Shown: positions 60,290-64,000 of the stretch, piece after piece
Numbering within the stretch: position 1 is the first letter of the stretch
How the letters are laid out: every line of letters starts with the position of its first letter
From: Camelus ferus
Lineage: Eukaryota
NCBI RefSeq assembly: GCF_009834535.1
Contig: NC_045720.1
Span: 1,426,001 to 1,490,000, forward strand
Length of the DNA: 64,000 nucleotides
Direction of reading: 5' to 3'
Program-made: the position numbers and the translations under genes
Notes under the pieces: model-generated
Databases searched by the model: none
What the model saw: the letters and a program-made list of their open reading frames with translations, nothing else
Told to the model about the DNA's origin: nothing

Positions 60290-60530
60290 GGGTCAGGACA
60301 GTGTCTTTCACGTGGAGGATGCTCAGCAAATGGCATCTTGAAAACAAAAACACGTCAGTCTGCCCGGAGGAGCGCCTCAACCACCACGGGGTCTCTGTTC
60401 CTTACTATGGGGAGAGAGACGTTTAAAAAGCAGTTTCCCGAAGAGAGTGTGACCCAGATGTGCAAACTCACAGTACGCACCAGCTTATTTGTGCCCAGGA
60501 AGCACCACAAAGACGGGGAAAACAGTGACA
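60290..60530 (+). mobile_element. Old L1M fragment
   Basis: aaatggcatcttgaaaacaaaaacacgtcagtc...ccttactatgg resembles the L1M 3' region. Confidence 0.45.
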
Positions 60531-61099
60531 GAGCTCATCTTAGGCTTTGAGGAGTGGGTTCTGTGCTGTCTTCTTTCTTGCCTTCCCGCAGTTTCTGAAG
60601 ATTAGACAGTGTGGCGCGAGTGAGGGACCCTGGGACACCCCTGCCCTGATGTGCTGGGTCGGGAGCGGAGAGGCTCCTGTGTTTCCTCCATCCTGGGGTG
60701 AGGGAGGGGCAGGGCCAACCCCCTCAGGCCCTCAGCTCGAGGCCGTGTGACCTCAGGGACAGCTCAGGAAGTGAGATGATGCCCCAGGTGGCAGGGTGCG
60801 GGGAGCCCCGCCAGGACGCCCGCCTCTCGGGGCCTGCCTGCTCTCTCCTCTCAGCCTGGCCCCAATAATTCAAACCTGGAGCCCAGAACAGGGTCTAGGG
60901 GCCCAGGACACCACTTCACCTCCACGAGCCACAGCCCCAAGAATGAGCATCTTGCCGCAGGCATGGCTACTGCGTGGGCTGCGAGGGCTCCGACCCCTGC
61001 TTGTCATCACCACAGTCCCTCTCTCTGGACCTTGGCTCCTGGGGAGGCCTCCCTGGCCAGCCCAGTGTTTTCAATCCTTGTCTCCTGCTTTGTTTTTTG

Positions 61100-61310
61100 A
61101 TACTGGCTCTTACCACTGGCGTGCTGCACATTTCCGTGTTTATCCTGTTCATCGGACTCCACTGTCCTGTAAGCTCTGTGGCCTAGGGGTGGTGCTAAGA
61201 TGTCAGAGGGAACAGGGAGAACTCAGCCAAGCCTGGGTGACAGCTGTTTCTGCAGTGTCTGCAACAGTGCCTGGAATGAGCAGGTGCCCTGTAACTATTT
61301 ACTAAGCGGA
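61100..61310 (+). mobile_element. L2 3' fragment
   Basis: ctccactgtcctgtaagctc...gtctgcaacagtgcctggaatgagcaggtgccctgtaactatttact. Confidence 0.6.
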
Positions 61311-62633
61311 TAGAGCACATGGTTTCCTCTGCGGTCACCCAGGCAGGGTCAGCAAGCCTGGGAGGGCAGTTTCTGGGGTCAGATCACTGCCGGAAGCCCA
61401 GTCCTGCATGCTGTCCAGTCACCAGGCCACTGCTGGCCCAAGCTCCAGCCTCAGGCCCCAGGTCCCACACCGACCCCTGACTACTGGGCCTGAAGCTCTG
61501 CCTGGGGGCCTCCAGTTCTTCACACCCTCCCAGCAAACAAAGACCCAGCTCTGGACCCTGAGCCCTGGACCGGGGTCGGGCTAGGTCTGTGTGCTGCATG
61601 TGCCCTGGGCCCCAGAGGGGCGGACACGTGAGCAGGGTGGGCTGGGCCGGAGGCCGGAGCGGGTAGGCAAGAGCACTTGTGGTGACTTGGGCACTGGTAG
61701 CGGGAACAATACCCTCCTGACATCACCACCCGGGACACTGGGCTGTGTGGGGATGGCTGGGCCCCTGGCCTGGACTCTTTGGTTAGTGTGACCCTGCCCC
61801 CACCGCTGCTGGGTTCCTGTCCCCTCCCTAGAGCTCCAGGAACAGGGCTCTAATCTTGTCTCATCCACCACCCAGTGCCTGATGTGGGCCAGAAATGTCC
61901 TGTGCAGGTCGGTGCCAACCTGGCCCAGGACTCCCAGCGCTGGCCCAGGCCCCTCCCTCCCCCCAAGGGGCGGGGCAGGCTGTGTTTTCAAAGGGGCTTT
62001 CGCAAGGATGGAAAAGGCCAGGCAGGGGCCATGTCCTCTGGGGGGTCCCCTGGACTCACAGTTAGTTACCCTAGAAGGAGCCCCAAGCAGTGTGATGGCG
62101 GCACCCTAGAGAGACGGAGCGACCTGCGGTCAGGATGGCGGCCAGCCCAACACTGGGGACCTTTTTGTACTATTTGACTGTGGAGAACTTACAACAAACA
62201 AAATAAGAAACTAAAGAAACAGACAGAGGGGTGTCCTCAAGCTGAAAGCGGAAGACAGAGCAGGTGCCCTGGGAGCCTCATGGCTTAGCAACGTCTCCCA
62301 CTAGGAAATCCCTCCACTCCTTGAAGTCTCTGGGTCAGTCCTCACAGCAGAGAGAGGTCACAGTGGGCATCTGAGGCTCTGAGAGTTTGAGAAACATGCA
62401 AGAGCCGGGAGGCCCCAGGGACGCTGCCCTGCCTCCTGCAGCGACGTCTTTCCTTCCAGGAGTCAGACGTTTGCACCTTCCCTGGGCCGGAGCTCTCCCC
62501 ATGCAGCCAAGGGCACAGCCACAGCCACAGATGTGGGCCCAGGTGATGACCCCACGCAGCCCTGGACCCCAAACCTGACCTCAGCCTGAGCGCATGCAAG
62601 GACAGGGGCTCTTTGCAGTCAAGCCAATGGACC

Positions 62634-62639
62634 TTTATT
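62634..62639 (-). terminator. PSCA poly(A) signal
   Basis: tttatt on + (CTTAATAAA on -), about 520 nt downstream of the ancestral PSCA stop. Confidence 0.7.
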
Positions 62640-63158
62640 AAGGTGTGTGCTGGGTCGCTGCTCCCCCGTGAACATGGGGAGCTGGTCCCCGCTCCGAGCT
62701 TCGTCTCTTGAGGTTCCCGGGACCTCACACCCTGGACTCCGTTTCTACTTAGAACCTTTCATCTCAGCAGGGCCCTCGTGAGAGCCTCCTCCATGCTGGG
62801 TGCAGGGGGCACGACAGGCAGGACCTGGCTTAGCTCATGGAGGGGGCAGGCGGGAAGACTTCCTGGAGGAAGAGGTGCCCGAGCGAGGGTTAAGGGGTGG
62901 GTCAGAATATTGGGCAGTGGAAACAGCTGCAGCCCAGAGCCCAAGGGTCTGACAGGCCATCTGCAGTCTGCTCCACGTCACTAGAGACCAGCCTCCTGGG
63001 CAGTAGGGGCCGGGCAGGAGTCCTGGAGGGAGCAAAGGAGAGCTGCAGAGGGCAGAGGGCCATAGCCCGACCTGAGTCAGGGTCCGGGTGTGTGTAATCA
63101 GTGCCCCAGGGACTCTGGGCACCACTGCAAGGCATGGGGCCTGCGGCCCTCCCAGATG

Positions 63159-64000
63159 CTGCAGCTGTGGGGCCCCAGAGTGGCAGCCCACTCAGAGCAG
63201 GGAGCAGCGTCAGAGTGACGGCTGCTGGCCACGGGGCGTGGCCCCACTAGCATTGCACAGGTCGGCGGAGCAGCATGTGACATTTTTCTTGCCCACGCAG
63301 TAGGCCTCTGAGTCCTCCACGCAGTGCGCGCTGCAGCCCTTGCTAATGACGGTCACGAGGCCCACGATGCTTGTGGGGGAGGGCAGAGGACTGCTAGGCT
63401 AGGGCCGGGTCCTGGAGACTCACCCACCTGGCCTTGCTCCAGCTCCCAGGGCGTCCCAACTGTCCCTACTCTAAAACTCACCCTGGATGGACATTGAGAC
63501 TGCAAGCAGAGTGAGGGCAGGGATCTGGTCTTGTCCCTGTCCACGTGTCCAGGGCACCCAGACCTGCTGGTACTAGAAGTGGGTGACGAATGAGTGGATC
63601 AGGGGTGGGTGGATGGATGGCTGATAGATGGATGGATGCATATCCATTGAGGGGATGGGTAGATGAGGGGTGGGATGGGGGATGGGCAGATGGGGGCTGA
63701 GCGCTATATCCGCGTGCGGACAGAAGAACCAGTGGGCAGGGGGACAGGCGGGCAGAAGGATGAACAGTTCAGTGGCAGAGACCTAATGCCAGATTCTTTG
63801 AGTTCCTATCAATGGAGGGAAGGCGTAGGGGGTCTAAGGGGATGGTGCTGGGGGCGGGGCAGGGTCACAGGGAGAACTGCGGGGACAGCGGGGCCACTCA
63901 CGGGTGCGCTCAGTCTGGCACTGGGTCTTGGATTGGCTGCAGTTCTGCACCTGCTGACAGTCCTTGTTGCTGATCTGGGCCTGACAGGAGCAGCACTGCA
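63159..64000 (-). pseudogene. PSCA: Prostate stem cell antigen, exons 2 (partial) and 3, with inactivating lesions
   Basis: Exon2 >64000-63902: LQCCSCQAQISNKDCQQVQNCSQSKTQCQTERT+C|GTGAGT. Exon3 from 63370: (R)IVGLVTVISKGCSAHCVEDSEAYCVGKKNVTCCSADLCNASGA. The acceptor reads cacAA; a 1-nt deletion at about 63240 gives TPRGQQPSL* (stop 63210-63212). Confidence 0.85.
63590..63700. repeat. Degenerate (GGAT)n tract in PSCA intron 2
   Basis: gggtggatggatggctgatagatggatggatg. Confidence 0.75.

Noticed and set aside
61240-61300. CFCSVCNSA motif
   Set aside because: It is the L2 3' end read in frame by chance
63210-63370. PSCA as a new secreted isoform ending GATPRGQQPSL*
   Set aside because: Would need the destroyed acceptor; no in-frame substitute AG is nearby, and the extra Cys argue for decay
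1-64000. Hundreds of 60-300 aa ORFs in the six-frame track
   Set aside because: Expected in very GC-rich DNA where stops are rare; Pro/Gly/Ala/Arg-rich with no domain signature; the real genes are spliced and only partly captured

Overview
GC-rich mammalian genomic DNA (draft assembly, four short N gaps) containing the Ly6/uPAR (three-finger, LU-domain) gene cluster orthologous to human 8q24.3 / mouse chr15. The L1 types and the absence of pig, ruminant or whale SINEs suggest a camelid; this is inference only. Five intact three-exon LU genes lie head-to-tail on the + strand: LY6D, LYNX1, SLURP2, LYPD2, SLURP1. THEM6 follows on the - strand. Three further LU loci look dead or dying: (i) a Ly6 gene upstream of LY6D (Ly6g6g-like by synteny) with a GT>CT donor, lost Cys1 and a shortened exon 2; (ii) a relic SLURP1/LYPD2-like paralog on the - strand between THEM6 and PSCA, recognisable only by exon-start signatures and Cys spacing across frameshifts, whose last exon is now a CpG island; (iii) PSCA, with an AG>AA acceptor, frameshifts and extra Cys. 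SLURP1 here carries a GPI-signal-like tail, unlike the secreted human protein. The rest is a 5.5 kb nested L1 block, two solo LTRs, MIR/L2 fragments, several minisatellites and poly(A) arrangements that favour read-through. Human/mouse comparisons are from recalled sequences, not searches.
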